Shown: positions 33,134-44,900 of the stretch, in pieces | Layout: each line of letters opens with the position of its first letter | How positions within the stretch are numbered: position 1 is the stretch's first letter | DNA from: Thraustochytrium aureum | Lineage: Eukaryota | DNA: 45,638 nucleotides | Assembly: GCA_012862495.1 (NCBI GenBank) | Contig: BLSG01000001.1 | Location: 213,909-259,546, forward strand | Direction of reading: 5' to 3' | Position numbers and translations under genes: made by a program | Notes under the pieces: model-generated | Database searches by the model: none | Seen by the model: the letters and a program-made list of their open reading frames with translations, nothing else | What the model was told of the DNA's origin: nothing

Positions 33134-34334
33134 CTCTGCTTCGCGGTGGGCGGGAAGAAGGTGTGCCGCGAGGACGGGTCAGCGTCGCAGGAAGAGCTTG
33201 ACGAGCTTGTTCGTGGGGTTAACGGCAGGCTGCCCGGCTTTGGGCTGCTCGGCAACGCGCAGAGCGGGACGACGTTCTTGTACAGCATTTTGACCCAGCA
33301 CCCTGACGTGGCGCACTCGAAAACGAAGCGAAAGGGAAAGGAAGTCCACTACTTTGACTTGAAGCTGCACAGAAAAGCTTTTCGGGCAACTGCGACCGCG
33401 AATCCCGCGGCTGAAGGAGGAGAGGAGAAACGGCAGCAAACGTCCACCAACGCGCTGGGCAAGGCTGGCCTGCGCGGCGAGCAGGCGGCGGAACCGCGAG
33501 AGGGCGGGACCCAGCACAGTGCTTCTGTTGACGGGAAATCCCCCGCTGCGGCGGCTGAACCCATGGCGTTCGAAGAGTCGCGCCGCGTCCTGGCCAACCT
33601 CGACAAGTACTTTCAGCTCTTCACATCGAGTCTCGGGCCCAACAAGCTTATTGGTGACCTATACCCCCAACCAGTTTGCCACCGACGCAGGTTCTGCGCT
33701 ATGGTACCGGGGGGTTGTGCCCAGTCTCAAGATCATCGTCCTGCTTCGCGACCCGATTGCAAAGCTCTACTCGAGGTACACCATGGTGGGCCAAGGGCGC
33801 ATTTGCAAGAGCTCGGGCCTTCTTCCGAGCGAATCATGTTCCCGGGACCGCACGTTTGACAACTACGTGCTCGAGGACCTCGCTGCGCTTGCGAAACACT
33901 GCCCTGGGGTGGAGTTCCCGACAACGTCGCCACTCGGTGCCTACACGTGCGGAACGCGCAATCTGCGCGAGCCGCACTGGGTCGTCGACACCGACAGCGT
34001 ACTGTTGAGCCTCTACGGGACGCACCTCGCGCACTGGATGCGGTTCTTCCCGCGCGAGCAGTTTTTGTTTCTCGACAGTAGCGAGATCTTTAGCGACGTC
34101 CACGCAGCAGTGCGCCGAGCGACAGACTTTTTGGAGCTCAAACCGTTCGACGCGACGTACTTGGACGACGTCGTTCGGAAGCAGCCGCATAACAGCCACG
34201 CCGAGTCTGCTGACCTGGCTCGAGTGGGCACGATCTCGGCCTCGACACGCAGCGCACTGAACGAGTTCTTTGCGAGCTCCAACAAGGTGGTGGAGGAGCT
34301 TACGGGGATTCACTTGGGACCAACAGAGGGCTGA
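33134..34334 (+). CDS. PAPS-dependent sulfotransferase, heparan-sulfate 3-O/N-sulfotransferase-like (5' in gap, frameshift ~33658)
   Basis: GNAQSGTTFLY.IL.QHPDV, KEVHYFD, D(Y)TP, KIIVLLRDPI.KLYSRY, LY..HL.HW..FFPREQ. Confidence 0.85.
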
Positions 34335-34423
34335 ACGAAAAGCGCAAGCGCAGAATATAATGCGATTTGGTTTGGCCAGTGCCCGATGGGCGCGGCGCGG
34401 CCGGCGTCTTGCCTCACTGGTTG

Positions 34424-35361
34424 TTAGTTTATAGAAGTAATGCTTCTTCTGAGTTTGTCCACCACCTCGTGGCCTGGCAAGCGCACCAGCACAAACTGCG
34501 CGGCCTCGGGACCGCTGCCGGGCTCCGGGAGCCAAACGGACCGGACAGGGACGGCGGGCTTGTTGACACCTGCGGAGCCGCGCGTCGCCCACAATTAGCC
34601 ATACGCACAAAATACGCGAGACGGGGCATGCAACTTACTCGTCAACAACAATGCGAGCCACCGGCCGGCGCGCGCGTCTGCGAGGCGCGGAGCCGCCATT
34701 TGCAGCCGAATTCCAGTCGCAAGGGCGGCCGCAATGACCCGAGCCCTCATGACCCCGTCAAGCACGCCGCACGCCGCCGTTTGCAAGGTCAAGTCATCAA
34801 GGAGCACAAAAACGTTGCAGATGAGCCCCTCCAGCACGCACTCGCCGCTCCTGTCCAGCATCAGAACTTCGCTCGGAGCGTGGCCGAGCGGAGGGACCTC
34901 TGCTTTCGCGGCAATCTCGGCGACGCGAGCTTTCACCTCCTCCAAGGGGACGCGCTCATGCACCCATGCAGAGCTCTTCACGAGGGGCTCGCCGTCTTCT
35001 CTATTGCCTCGCGACGTACGGAGCGCCGTCACCACGACGCTCTCGACTGAGCTAGGGGCAGACGGCGCTGCAGTAGCGTGCCAGTAGAGGTCTGGCCCAC
35101 GGCTTGGGTCTGCGACGTGGGCAAAGAGCGTCACCAGCACCGGCTCGCCCGCCTCGGTCAGCCGCGCCATCGACCGCAGCGCAGCGCGGCACGCACCAGC
35201 AACTTGGGCGTCGTCAATCATCCGGGTCCCGGGCCACAGTGCCGCGAGCCCGGTCTTCAGTCTTGCCACGTGCAAGTCCAGGTCTTGCACGACGCCGTCA
35301 GCGCCCTCCGACCGCGCGCAAGTGTACACCCCGGCGGGCTCGAACCCGCCCACAAACTCGC
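34424..35361 (-). CDS. Class IV PLP-dependent aminotransferase-like protein (partial; intron 34570-34638)
   Basis: GVYTCARS, HVARL, KSSAWV, EVLM, VLEGLICNVFV, GVLDGVMRARVI. Spliced LLTS|VNKPAVPVRSV...ITSIN*. Confidence 0.8.
34570..34638 (-). other. Spliceosomal intron (69 nt)
   Basis: GTAAGT donor, GCTAAT branch site, CGCAG acceptor. Removal keeps the frame open to TAA at 34424. Confidence 0.8.
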
Positions 35362-36065
35362 NNNNNNNNNNNNNNNNNNNNNNNNNNNNNNNNNNNNNNN
35401 NNNNNNNNNNNNNNNNNNNNNNNNNNNNNNNNNNNNNNNNNNNNNNNNNNNNNNNNNNNNNNNNNNNNNNNNNNNNNNNNNNNNNNNNNNNNNNNNNNNN
35501 NNNNNNNNNNNNNNNNNNNNNNNNNNNNNNNNNNNNNNNNNNNNNNNNNNNNNNNNNNNNNNNNNNNNNNNNNNNNNNNNNNNNNNNNNNNNNNNNNNNN
35601 NNNNNNNNNNNNNNNNNNNNNNNNNNNNNNNNNNNNNNNNNNNNNNNNNNNNNNNNNNNNNNNNNNNNNNNNNNNNNNNNNNNNNNNNNNNNNNNNNNNN
35701 NNNNNNNNNNNNNNNNNNNNNNNNNNNNNNNNNNNNNNNNNNNNNNNNNNNNNNNNNNNNNNNNNNNNNNNNNNNNNNNNNNNNNNNNNNNNNNNNNNNN
35801 NNNNNNNNNNNNNNNNNNNNNNNNNNNNNNNNNNNNNNNNNNNNNNNNNNNNNNNNNNNNNNNNNNNNNNNNNNNNNNNNNNNNNNNNNNNNNNNNNNNN
35901 NNNNNNNNNNNNNNNNNNNNNNNNNNNNNNNNNNNNNNNNNNNNNNNNNNNNNNNNNNNNNNNNNNNNNNNNNNNNNNNNNNNNNNNNNNNNNNNNNNNN
36001 NNNNNNNNNNNNNNNNNNNNNNNNNNNNNNNNNNNNNNNNNNNNNNNNNNNNNNNNNNNNNNNNN

Positions 36066-36827
36066 CGGGCACAACGTGGCAAACCTCGAAGAGGGCCCGG
36101 CCGCAGACCGCAAGGCTGCAACGCACCTGACCTTGGCGTCCGACGTGGCGCTTGCCACGAGTTCTGTTGCGACGTGTTCAAGGTCCCCGCTTGCAGATGC
36201 GCGCCATAGGACGATTCTCCCGTCGCGCCCGACGCTCGCCAGCCTCGAGTCGTCTATCCAGTCTATCCCGAAGACCCAGTCCGTGTGCACCTGGGCAGAG
36301 CATGCGAGCGGCGTGGGCGTGCTGCGCGAGGTAGCCAGCAGGCCGATGCACTCGGGGTGCCCAGACACGCCTGCCGTAGCCAGAAGGGTCCCGTCCGGGT
36401 TGACCATGGCGCCGTGGATCCCGCCAACCGTGTCTGAGCAGAGCGACGGCGTTTGGCAGGTTGGCTGGGCGATCTGCGCTGGCCGTGCCGACTTTGGGCC
36501 AGCGAACGGCTCGAGGCCGAACAGCTGGCCTTGCTTTGTTCCGGCGACCGCGCGGCTCGCCGACAGCCATGCGACGCAAAACACCTTGTCCTGGTCTTCT
36601 GCGCCTGCCTCGTCTATCGCTGGCGGAAGCAGCTGCCTCGGCTCGAGTCTCTGCACAAGCCGTGTCCAGCGCCCTACGTCAGCGCCAAGCCTGAGGCTGG
36701 CCCGCATCTGCTTTCCCGACCTCTGCTCCTCCACGAGCGCGGCCCCAGCCACGTGCCCGACCGACAGGCTCCGCCGCTTGCGTCGCGTAACAGCTGGAGC
36801 GGTCACATTTGCCGTCACATTCTGCAT
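36066..36827 (-). CDS. WD40 protein, DCAF12-like (3' end in gap; start uncertain)
   Basis: DKVFCVAWL...AVAGTK, GGIH...NPDGTLLATAG, HTDWVFGIDWIDDSRLASVGRDGRIVLW and KVR follow the DCAF12 motif order. Confidence 0.78.
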
Positions 36828-37508
36828 CCTCAGCGGCGGGCAGCCAAGGCCGTCCGGCCAAACCAAGAGCGAATCCAGCAAGCAGCACGTGTCGCGCAGC
36901 TCCGCCCGCGACTGGCTCCGCAGCCCGGCCTCGCGCGCCGCGGCGTGCGTTCGTTCGGACTCTGCCACGCTCGTTGAAGAGTGAAAAAGAAAAATCGAAG
37001 AAACGCGCGCACACTCGTTGCCGTTCCGCGGGTGTGAACGCTCGCATTTTGCAGAACGCAGCGATCATTCGTCTCATTCGCTGGCCTTCAAGCTGGTTTG
37101 GAAGCATCTGTGTTCGCCGAGCGAACGCCAGGAGCGTGACAAGGGGTGGAAACGTGACGCACGCGAGCGTTCGTTCGGCTTGGCGGAGGAACGAGAGTAA
37201 CGTGACAATGCGGCTTGGTGTGACGTGATGCGGCGGGGCGTGTGCCGTGGTTGGCCACGATGATGTCCTATTCAGCGGTAAGCATTCTTGGTGGCGTCAT
37301 GCGTTGATGTGCCAGTTTGGCAGGCTGGACAGTGGACACATCATGGCCATCAGATGGATCTTCCTTCGCCCGGAACAAGATGCGGCAGACCCCGATCGAT
37401 CGAGCAGGAGCCGGCCAAGAAACGGAGGACGCGGAGCAGAGCGGCGAGCAGTAGCAGGATACGCGAGTGTGTGGCAGAAAGAAAGAGTCTCAAATAGCTC
37501 AAGCAAGG

Positions 37509-38090
37509 ATGAAGGCTGTGCTGGTAACGCTCGCCACGCTGGTGGCCGCCGCCGTTGGCGCGGAGCCCGCGGTGACCGTCAAGACCTTCTTCGACATTCA
37601 GATCGACGGCGAGGATGCCGGGCGGATTGAGTTTGGCCTGTACGGTGATGTCGTGCCGCGCACCGTGGAAAACTTTCGCGCACTCAACACGGGCGAGCGC
37701 GGCGAAGGCAAGTCTGGTAAGCCGCTGCACTACAAGGCTTCTGCGTTTCACCGCGTGATCCCCAACTTTATGCTCCAAGGCGGCGACTTTACGAGCGGGG
37801 ACGGCCGTGGCGGCGAGTCGATCTACGGTTCGCGCTTCGACGACGAGAACTTTGAGATCAAGCACGACCGCCCTTTCTTGCTGTCGATGGCCAACGCCGG
37901 GCCGAACACGAACGGGTCGCAGTTTTTCATCACCACCGTCAAGACGCCCTGGCTCGACGGCCGCCACACCGTGTTTGGCCGTGTGCTCTCCGGCGAAGAG
38001 CTCGTCAAGAAGATCGAGAGCTTGGGGTCGCAGTCGGGCAAGACCACCAAGCGTATTGTGATCAAGGACTGCGGCGTCATCGAGGACTGA
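37509..38090 (+). CDS. ER/secretory cyclophilin (cyclophilin B type)
   Basis: Signal peptide [62 protein letters not shown]. Confidence 0.95.
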   Translation: MKAVLVTLATLVAAAVGAEPAVTVKTFFDIQIDGEDAGRIEFGLYGDVVPRTVENFRALNTGERGEGKSGKPLHYKASAFHRVIPNFMLQGGDFTSGDGRGGESIYGSRFDDENFEIKHDRPFLLSMANAGPNTNGSQFFITTVKTPWLDGRHTVFGRVLSGEELVKKIESLGSQSGKTTKRIVIKDCGVIED

Positions 38091-38381
38091 GCGCGCGGCG
38101 CAGCGGAGGCCCTCGAGCGCTTGCGCCTGCTAGCTACTATAGAAGGCGAAGAATGGCATTTGTCCCCTTCCCGGCCCAAATGAAGTTTGCAGCCGAGCCT
38201 CTTCCTAGTTTATCGATCAATTCTCGCTCTCACACTGGGCGGACCCGGTTCGCAAAGGGGGCTGCTCCTTCCCGTCCGTCCGTATCCCGCCACTTCCACA
38301 GCTCCCAATTCCCCTGGATTCCCGAACGAGCATGTCGCTGGGTCAAGTACAGCGCCGACCTCGCTTTTTCTCCGCGAAGCC

Positions 38382-39796
38382 TCACGGCGCGCCTTGTTCT
38401 TTCACCGGCCCAACCGCACGATGCGGGTGGGACCCTGATGCACTTGCCGCCAGGCTCAGCGCAGCGCATGGCACTCTCGACAGTCGGCAGGCGCTGCCGA
38501 GTCCCGGGTTGCACGGGACCCAGCGCGTCTCCCAGGTCGCTCGTGGAACCGTTGCGGCGGACACGGCCGGCACGTCGTCCTTGGCCTTCCGCGGCTCAAA
38601 GTATATCGGACCATCAGCGAAAACGTCGACCGCTTGCCCAGCGCCCTCGAGGCGCCCGAGAAGAAAGCACAAGGCGCCCACGGCGTCGCGGGCAAACTGA
38701 CTCTGAGACCGTCCCACCGGGAATACCGCCACGTATTCGAAAAGCGTTGCGGGTCCGCCTGCGCCATGTGCAACAGGATCGCAATCGCCTGCCGGTCGAG
38801 CGAGCTGGCCAAGGAGAATGGCCGCACCACGAAGCGACCCGTGTCCAGGCAGTAGATGCTAGACAGGTGCGGGACCACGTCGCACCGCGACGCAGAGCCA
38901 CGCGCGCTCCCCGCAAGCAGCATTTGGCACGTGCGGAGCTCCAAGGCAGGGCCGCGATCTTCGAACGCTTCAACTGGGTGGAGGCTGAGCCCCATCGCGC
39001 CCGTCGCGGTGTCCAAAGTGACCTTGAGCGCGCAGGCGGTGACCAAGGCGCTCTTGGGGCCCTTCCTGTCCTCTTCGTTGCCGTTGTGGTGGCTGTCATT
39101 CAGCCTGCCCGTGCAAAACATTCGCAAATAAAACCGGTGGTCCATGTCCATCATGGTCCGCAAGAGGCGCTGCAGAATCGCCCTGCAGGTCCCTTCGGCG
39201 TCCTCGAACCCGCCCACGACGTAGACGTCTATGACGGGCCCGCCGCGGCGCCGGTTCCCCGCGCCCGGCAGAGGCGTCCCGCCCGTGCTGTCCCCATACC
39301 CGCCCAATTTGCTCGCGCCGTTAGCTAAGGCGAAGCTTGAGATCTGCGAGACGTCGCCGGCCAGAGACCGAAGCGCGCTGTCCGCCGACAGGGCTGTGGC
39401 CACCTTGGCGCACCCAATTTTCCCACTGTGCGCGGAGGCCACGATTACACCGATGGACGAGTCGAGCCCGCTCGTCCCGATATACTTGACCGGAAACTTG
39501 CGCGGCTCCACGACTGCCACCTCGTGCGGAGTCAGGACGTGAATTGTCACATGCTCTGCGCTGCTGTCGCCGGGGTTCGCTGGCGATCCTGGATAGGACC
39601 TATCGCCATCGGTTGAAGCCGCGTCGTCTGAGGAGCCGCCACTCCCGCCGGACCGATTCGGCTCGGGAGGGCCGCCGATGATGCCACTTCCAGGGGCTTC
39701 CAAGGCCGCGTCAAAAAACTCCTCCACGTGCAGGCTCAGGTGATCATAAGCCTCCTCCAGCAGGTTGACCCCTTGGATGCCCGGATTTTCCAGCAT
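38382..39796 (-). CDS. NTAN1-like N-terminal asparagine amidohydrolase homologue, catalytic residues substituted (frameshift ~38741)
   Basis: IDVYVVGGFED, FCTGRLND, FEDRGPALELR, LSSIY...F.VRPF and post-shift FARDAVGALCFLL parallel NTAN1. Start codon uncertain. Confidence 0.8.
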
Positions 39797-40029
39797 CCTC
39801 TGGTCGGCCGCCGCAGCGCTGCCCAGCGCAGTCCTTCGTTCGTACCGCCGGCGCGCGAAACCACGTTGTTGCACGAGGCGTTCCCACGTCCTTCAGCAGC
39901 CAGTGCGGGCCCCTCCCAACCTAGACCAGCACGAAGCTTGGTACTTGCTGCCGAGGTGGCGTGCGCCCAGTGCCAGCGCCCGCGGCAGCCGTCTGCGCCA
40001 AAGCCGCTCGCTCGGCGGCGCCGCAAGTC

Positions 40030-40031
40030 GG

Positions 40032-40066
<35 letters not shown>
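40030..40066. repeat. (GGCA)n microsatellite
   Basis: About 9 units seen directly. Confidence 0.9.
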
Positions 40067-40067
<1 letters not shown>

Positions 40068-41737
40068 TATGTAGTCGTTGACAGATCAGGCAAGCAGCCC
40101 TGCTGCTGGCGAGGCTCGAGCTCCTGGCAGTCGTGCTGGCAGCGCTGCTGGCTGGCGATGCCGGGCGCGCTCTGGCGAAGGCGCTGGCGTGCCTGTGACA
40201 CTGCTCGTCGTCTGCCAGCTCCCTGCTCGTCCCCGACCTGCTCAATCAAAAAAACAAAAGAAAAAGAAAAAAAAACACGAACGACAAAAACCAAACAGAA
40301 AAAAGGCAAACAACCCGCACTACAGAAATTCAATACAAAGATACGCCCTCAACTCGCAGAGCCCACTGCGGGTGCCCATCCAATCCTGAAACTCAAGAGT
40401 AAAACGCACTGCGGGTGCCCCAGCGTCCCACAGCCATCGCCTATCTAACTCTTGACCCGGGGGATCTGCCCCTCTGTACCCACTCCCCCAGCCTAAACCC
40501 CTAATACCCTCCCAATACAGCGGGATAAGGTTTTGCGGCCCTCTATAATAAAAATAAACTGTTCCTAGCGTGTGGGGTGCGCGAATAGAGGGCTAGGAGG
40601 GGGTTGGGTTAGGGTGGCGAGCGAACAGCAGGAGAAGGAGGCGGCGGATACGTCGAGGTGTCGAGCAGGGAAGGAAGGGCAGACTCGCATCGGCGCGCGA
40701 CAGGCAGGAGAGGTCTCGGTGGCGAGGTTGAGGCGAGGCGGGCGTGGGGTGTCAAGGTGTGGGTTGCCCGTCGGCGCCGGTTGCGCGAGGCGGTTGTTGC
40801 GGCGGGGTTGGGGCGCGTGCGTGGGGGTTGCAGGGGGCGGCGACGGTTGAAGGCTCGCGGCGGACGAGATGGACGTCGTGATTGGACTNNNNNNNNNNNN
40901 NNNNNNNNNNNNNNNNNNNNNNNNNNNNNNNNNNNNNNNNNNNNNNNNNNNNNNNNNNNNNNNNNNNNNNNNNNNNNNNNNNNNNNNNNNNNNNNNNNNN
41001 NNNNNNNNNNNNNNNNNNNNNNNNNNNNNNNNNNNNNNNNNNNNNNNNNNNNNNNNNNNNNNNNNNNNNNNNNNNNNNNNNNNNNNNNNNNNNNNNNNNN
41101 NNNNNNNNNNNNNNNNNNNNNNNNNNNNNNNNNNNNNNNNNNNNNNNNNNNNNNNNNNNNNNNNNNNNNNNNNNNNNNNNNNNNNNNNNNNNNNNNNNNN
41201 NNNNNNNNNNNNNNNNNNNNNNNNNNNNNNNNNNNNNNNNNNNNNNNNNNNNNNNGGGGAAAATCGTGGACGGAAATCATCCCGCTTGAGCTGATCGCAC
41301 GGCACGCGGAACGCGGCTACCGCCGGCGCAGATGTCTCGAAAAGTGCAAGACCTAGCTAGCTAGAGATAGCAACCTCGCAGCGGCCGTTCGTGGCCTGGG
41401 GCCAGGTCGGTTGCCCGGGGCCAGGTTGCACGTGGCGCCGCCTTCCAGGCCTCTGCTGGAGCCGCACTGCCTTCAGCGCGTCCGAAGCGTGAAACAGCGC
41501 GCGTATGATGCGTGTTGGTTTTAGCGTGGAGGCGTGGCGGCTTTTGGCACACCTCGCGCCGGCAGCAGGTCTTTGCTTCGTGCAGTGAGTACAGTTCAAA
41601 TAATAAAGGAAGGCGTCTTTGAGTACCTGCCGAGCTTTGCGTCGCCCTTCTTCGTGACGTTCGTTCACCAAGCCGAGTCCGGCATCCTAAGGACATGCAT
41701 GCATGTTCGACGTCAGAGCACAGCACAGACGGATAAC

Positions 41738-41858
41738 TAACTGGACGTCCTTTGCATCAAGCGGCTCCCCAACCAATTCAACTGGTGCGCGTCCCCCGTC
41801 AATTCAACTGGTGCACGTCCTTTGCATCAAGCGGTTCCCCGTCCAATTCAACTGGTGC
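41738..41858. repeat. Nested imperfect direct repeat
   Basis: acgtcctttgcatcaagcgg(c/t)tcccc twice and caattcaactggtgc three times. Confidence 0.8.
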
Positions 41859-41968
41859 TACGCCCAATGTTGGGGCCTCTGCACCAACGAGAACCAGCCC
41901 TGCATTTGAGCAACACGGAAGTTTCCGCTGGGAGATGAGCATGTGGCAATTTTACAAGTTCAGGTACA

Positions 41969-44900
41969 TCAGCGGTACGCGTGGACCGCCTCCAGCTCCG
42001 CAAGGTCGGGGCGCGGAAAGACGACCATGACCCCACGTACACGACGCAAATGCTGTTCGGGTACGGGATCACCTTGACACCAACCGCAAACGTCTCGCGC
42101 CCGCCGTGCGACTCCTCGTGGATGCTATGCTTGTGAGTGCTCCCGGGAGCATCAGCGGCGCGCCTTCGCAGAACGATCCGCCTGACCTTTTTCGGGTCCG
42201 AGCTGTTCACCTTGACAAACTGGATCCGGCCCGTGTACCCAGGCGGCCGGGTGGCCTGCAAGGCCCGGAGCCGCCGCGCAAATGCGAAGAACGCCGCGTC
42301 ACCGCTCGATCCAGGCTCCCATGAACCCTTCGAGCCCGAGCCGGGCTCGGCGGGGACCCAGCCGTTCCTGCGCACGCGGTCCGTCATGTCCAGCTTGTGC
42401 TTGGCCTCGAGAACCTCAGCAATGAGCTGCGGCAACCGCGTGCCCTGCTCCGCAAACCGCGTCCAGACGTTGTGCGAGTTGCGAAAGTTTTCGATTCCGC
42501 TAATGATCTCCTGCGCCATGGTCGTCTGCAGCTCGGTCACCTTCTCTGCGGTCAGCTTGGGCCCAAGCGTGCGGCCCGCGTAGTGCGACGTGAGCACGGT
42601 CATTTTGCGTCTTGGGGTTCTGCGAGACCAAGGGCAGCCAGCCAAACTCCTCGCCCTCCTCCATCTCGTAGAGGATCTGCTTCGGGTTGAGCGAGTCTTG
42701 CACATTGACCCACAAGTTGCGGTGGTTGAACACAAAGAGGAGTTTCTCGTATGGGATCGTGGCCAGCTGGGGCTCCCCCTCGAGGCGCGCGAACTGCCGC
42801 GCCACCCAGTCCTTCCGCTTCAAGTGGTCGGCTCGCCTCCGCCGCTCCTTGCGCCGCGCTCGCACGGCGGCCGCGTTGCGCGGGTCGTCTGCATCCAAGT
42901 CGTGGTCGTCTTCCTCCTCCTCCTCCTCGCCCTCGAGCTCCAAATCGCCCGGGTCGAGGCCGCGATCGCCCATCCCGCCAGCGCCGCCGGCATCTGGGGC
43001 GGAGTCGTCCCCGCCGCGCGGGCCGTCGGCTCGCTCGCCAAACCGGTGGCTTGGCACGCCAAAGCTGTCACCCGTGCCAGCGCCGAGCTCAAAGATCTCG
43101 TCCACAGGCACGTACTGGTCGGTGAGGTCGCGGTGGCCGTCCTCGCCCGTTTCCCCGTCCTCCAGCATGTCCTCCTCTGTCAGCTCCGGGACGTCCTGCC
43201 AATCGGGGGAGAGGACGCCGGGGCTGGCCTCTTCGAGCTTGGTCTCCGCCTGGGCCTTCTTNNNNNNNNNNNNNNNNNNNNNNNNNNNNNNNNNNNNNNN
43301 NNNNNNNNNNNNNNNNNNNNNNNNNNNNNNNNNNNNNNNNNNNNNNNNNNNNNNNNNNNNNNNNNNNNNNNNNNNNNNNNNNNNNNNNNNNNNNNNNNNN
43401 NNNNNNNNNNNNNNNNNNNNNNNNNNNNNNNNNNNNNNNNNNNNNNNNNNNNNNNNNNNNNNNNNNNNNNNNNNNNNNNNNNNNNNNNNNNNNNNNNNNN
43501 NNNNNNNNNNNNNNNNNNNNNNNNNNNNNNAGCCGATTCGAGGCCCAGCGGCAGCTGCACGCCCTTGGCCGTGGTGGCGCCGGCGCCCGCCCCGTCCTCC
43601 TCGGCTGCCTCAGGGGCGTCATGGTCTGCGGGAATATGGCGGTTGCGAACGCAGCACAGCGAGTCGCTATGCCGAGTCATAAGCCACACGTGCGGCACGA
43701 GCTCGTGGTCCGCCCCTCCTTGTCCTGCACGGCCTGCCTGTTGGGAAGAGCCCCCGCTGTTCTCCGTCGCGCCGCCGGCCGCGGCGCGCGCGTGCTTGGA
43801 TCCGTGGCGCTCCTTGTCGGTCAGCGCACGCCGCGCGTAGCCAACGCACACGTAGGCATCGGCGTTCAGCCCGAGGAAGAGATTGGCGAGAAGCAGGACG
43901 TGGGCCTTGACGTCGCCCTTTTTCATGCTCATGAAAAAGTCTGGCGCGAGCCACGTGTACGGGTTGATGTTAACGGCGCCCTCGAAGAAATTGTCCGACG
44001 CGTCCTCGAACTCGATCGCGCGCACCAGGCCGGCGGCCTCAAAGAGCAGGTTCTCCTTTTGCGAGCTGCGGATAGCCAGGCAGGCCCGCTCTTCGTCGTC
44101 GCCAACCTGGATCATCGACTTTGGCGGGGCCATGGGCTGGAGAAACGTCGGCAGGTAGTAGGCATCGCCGTACTGGTCCAGGCCGCGAAAGTCGTCGATT
44201 CGCATCTCTTGCTGCAGCGCGCGAATCTGCTCGAGCGCCGCGGGCCGGCGTCCGAGCGTCTGGAAGAAGGCCCGGAGCGTGCTGCAGGTGCCGCCGTCGT
44301 GGCACTCGACGCACAGCTTGCGGCGCGGCGGGTAGCTAAACTCTACAATGGCGTCGGTTGGGTAGCAGAGGCACGGAGTCAGTATCTCTTGCTCGCGGAG
44401 CCGCATGTTGGGCAGCAGAAGGTAGTTCCCGCTCATTCCACCGGTCTCCTCGCGCGACTTGTCTGTCTCCGGCAGGTCACCCTGGGGGCCGCGAAACCAG
44501 GCAGCGACCTTGACAAACGAGTCCACGCCGTTCGGGAGCCCCTCCAGGCGCAGCTCGTCCGAAAAGACGCGCGTGCGAATCTCCTCAACGCGCAGCTTGC
44601 GCTTGCCCTTTTTCGACGGCGGACCTCGAGGCGGCGCGGCTGCCGCGCCGGGAAGCTCGGGTCGTCAAAGCACCCCGTGATCTCGTGCAGATAGAGCTTG
44701 GTTGTGCCCAGGAGGTCGCTTGAGCCCGCCTCGTCCGCGTCCCACAGAGTAATTCGCACAAACGGATCTGCGATCAGCTCCTCGGCGGTCACGTTGTTCG
44801 GGTCATGGGCGCGGATCTGAAAGTACAGAGTCTCGTCAAAGATTGGTTCGAGGGTCTCGAACAACGTGCGCGTCTTGAGCCGCTGCCCGGCCCACGTAAC

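Noticed and set aside
28665..39796. Protein-quality-control cluster (eEF2-like, DCAF12-like, NTAN1-like, cyclophilin)
   Set aside because: Interspersed with unrelated genes; adjacency alone in a eukaryote is not evidence without conserved synteny.
41738..41858. CRISPR-like array (caattcaactggtgc x3)
   Set aside because: Spacers are short, unequal and themselves repeated; no cas genes; eukaryotic context.
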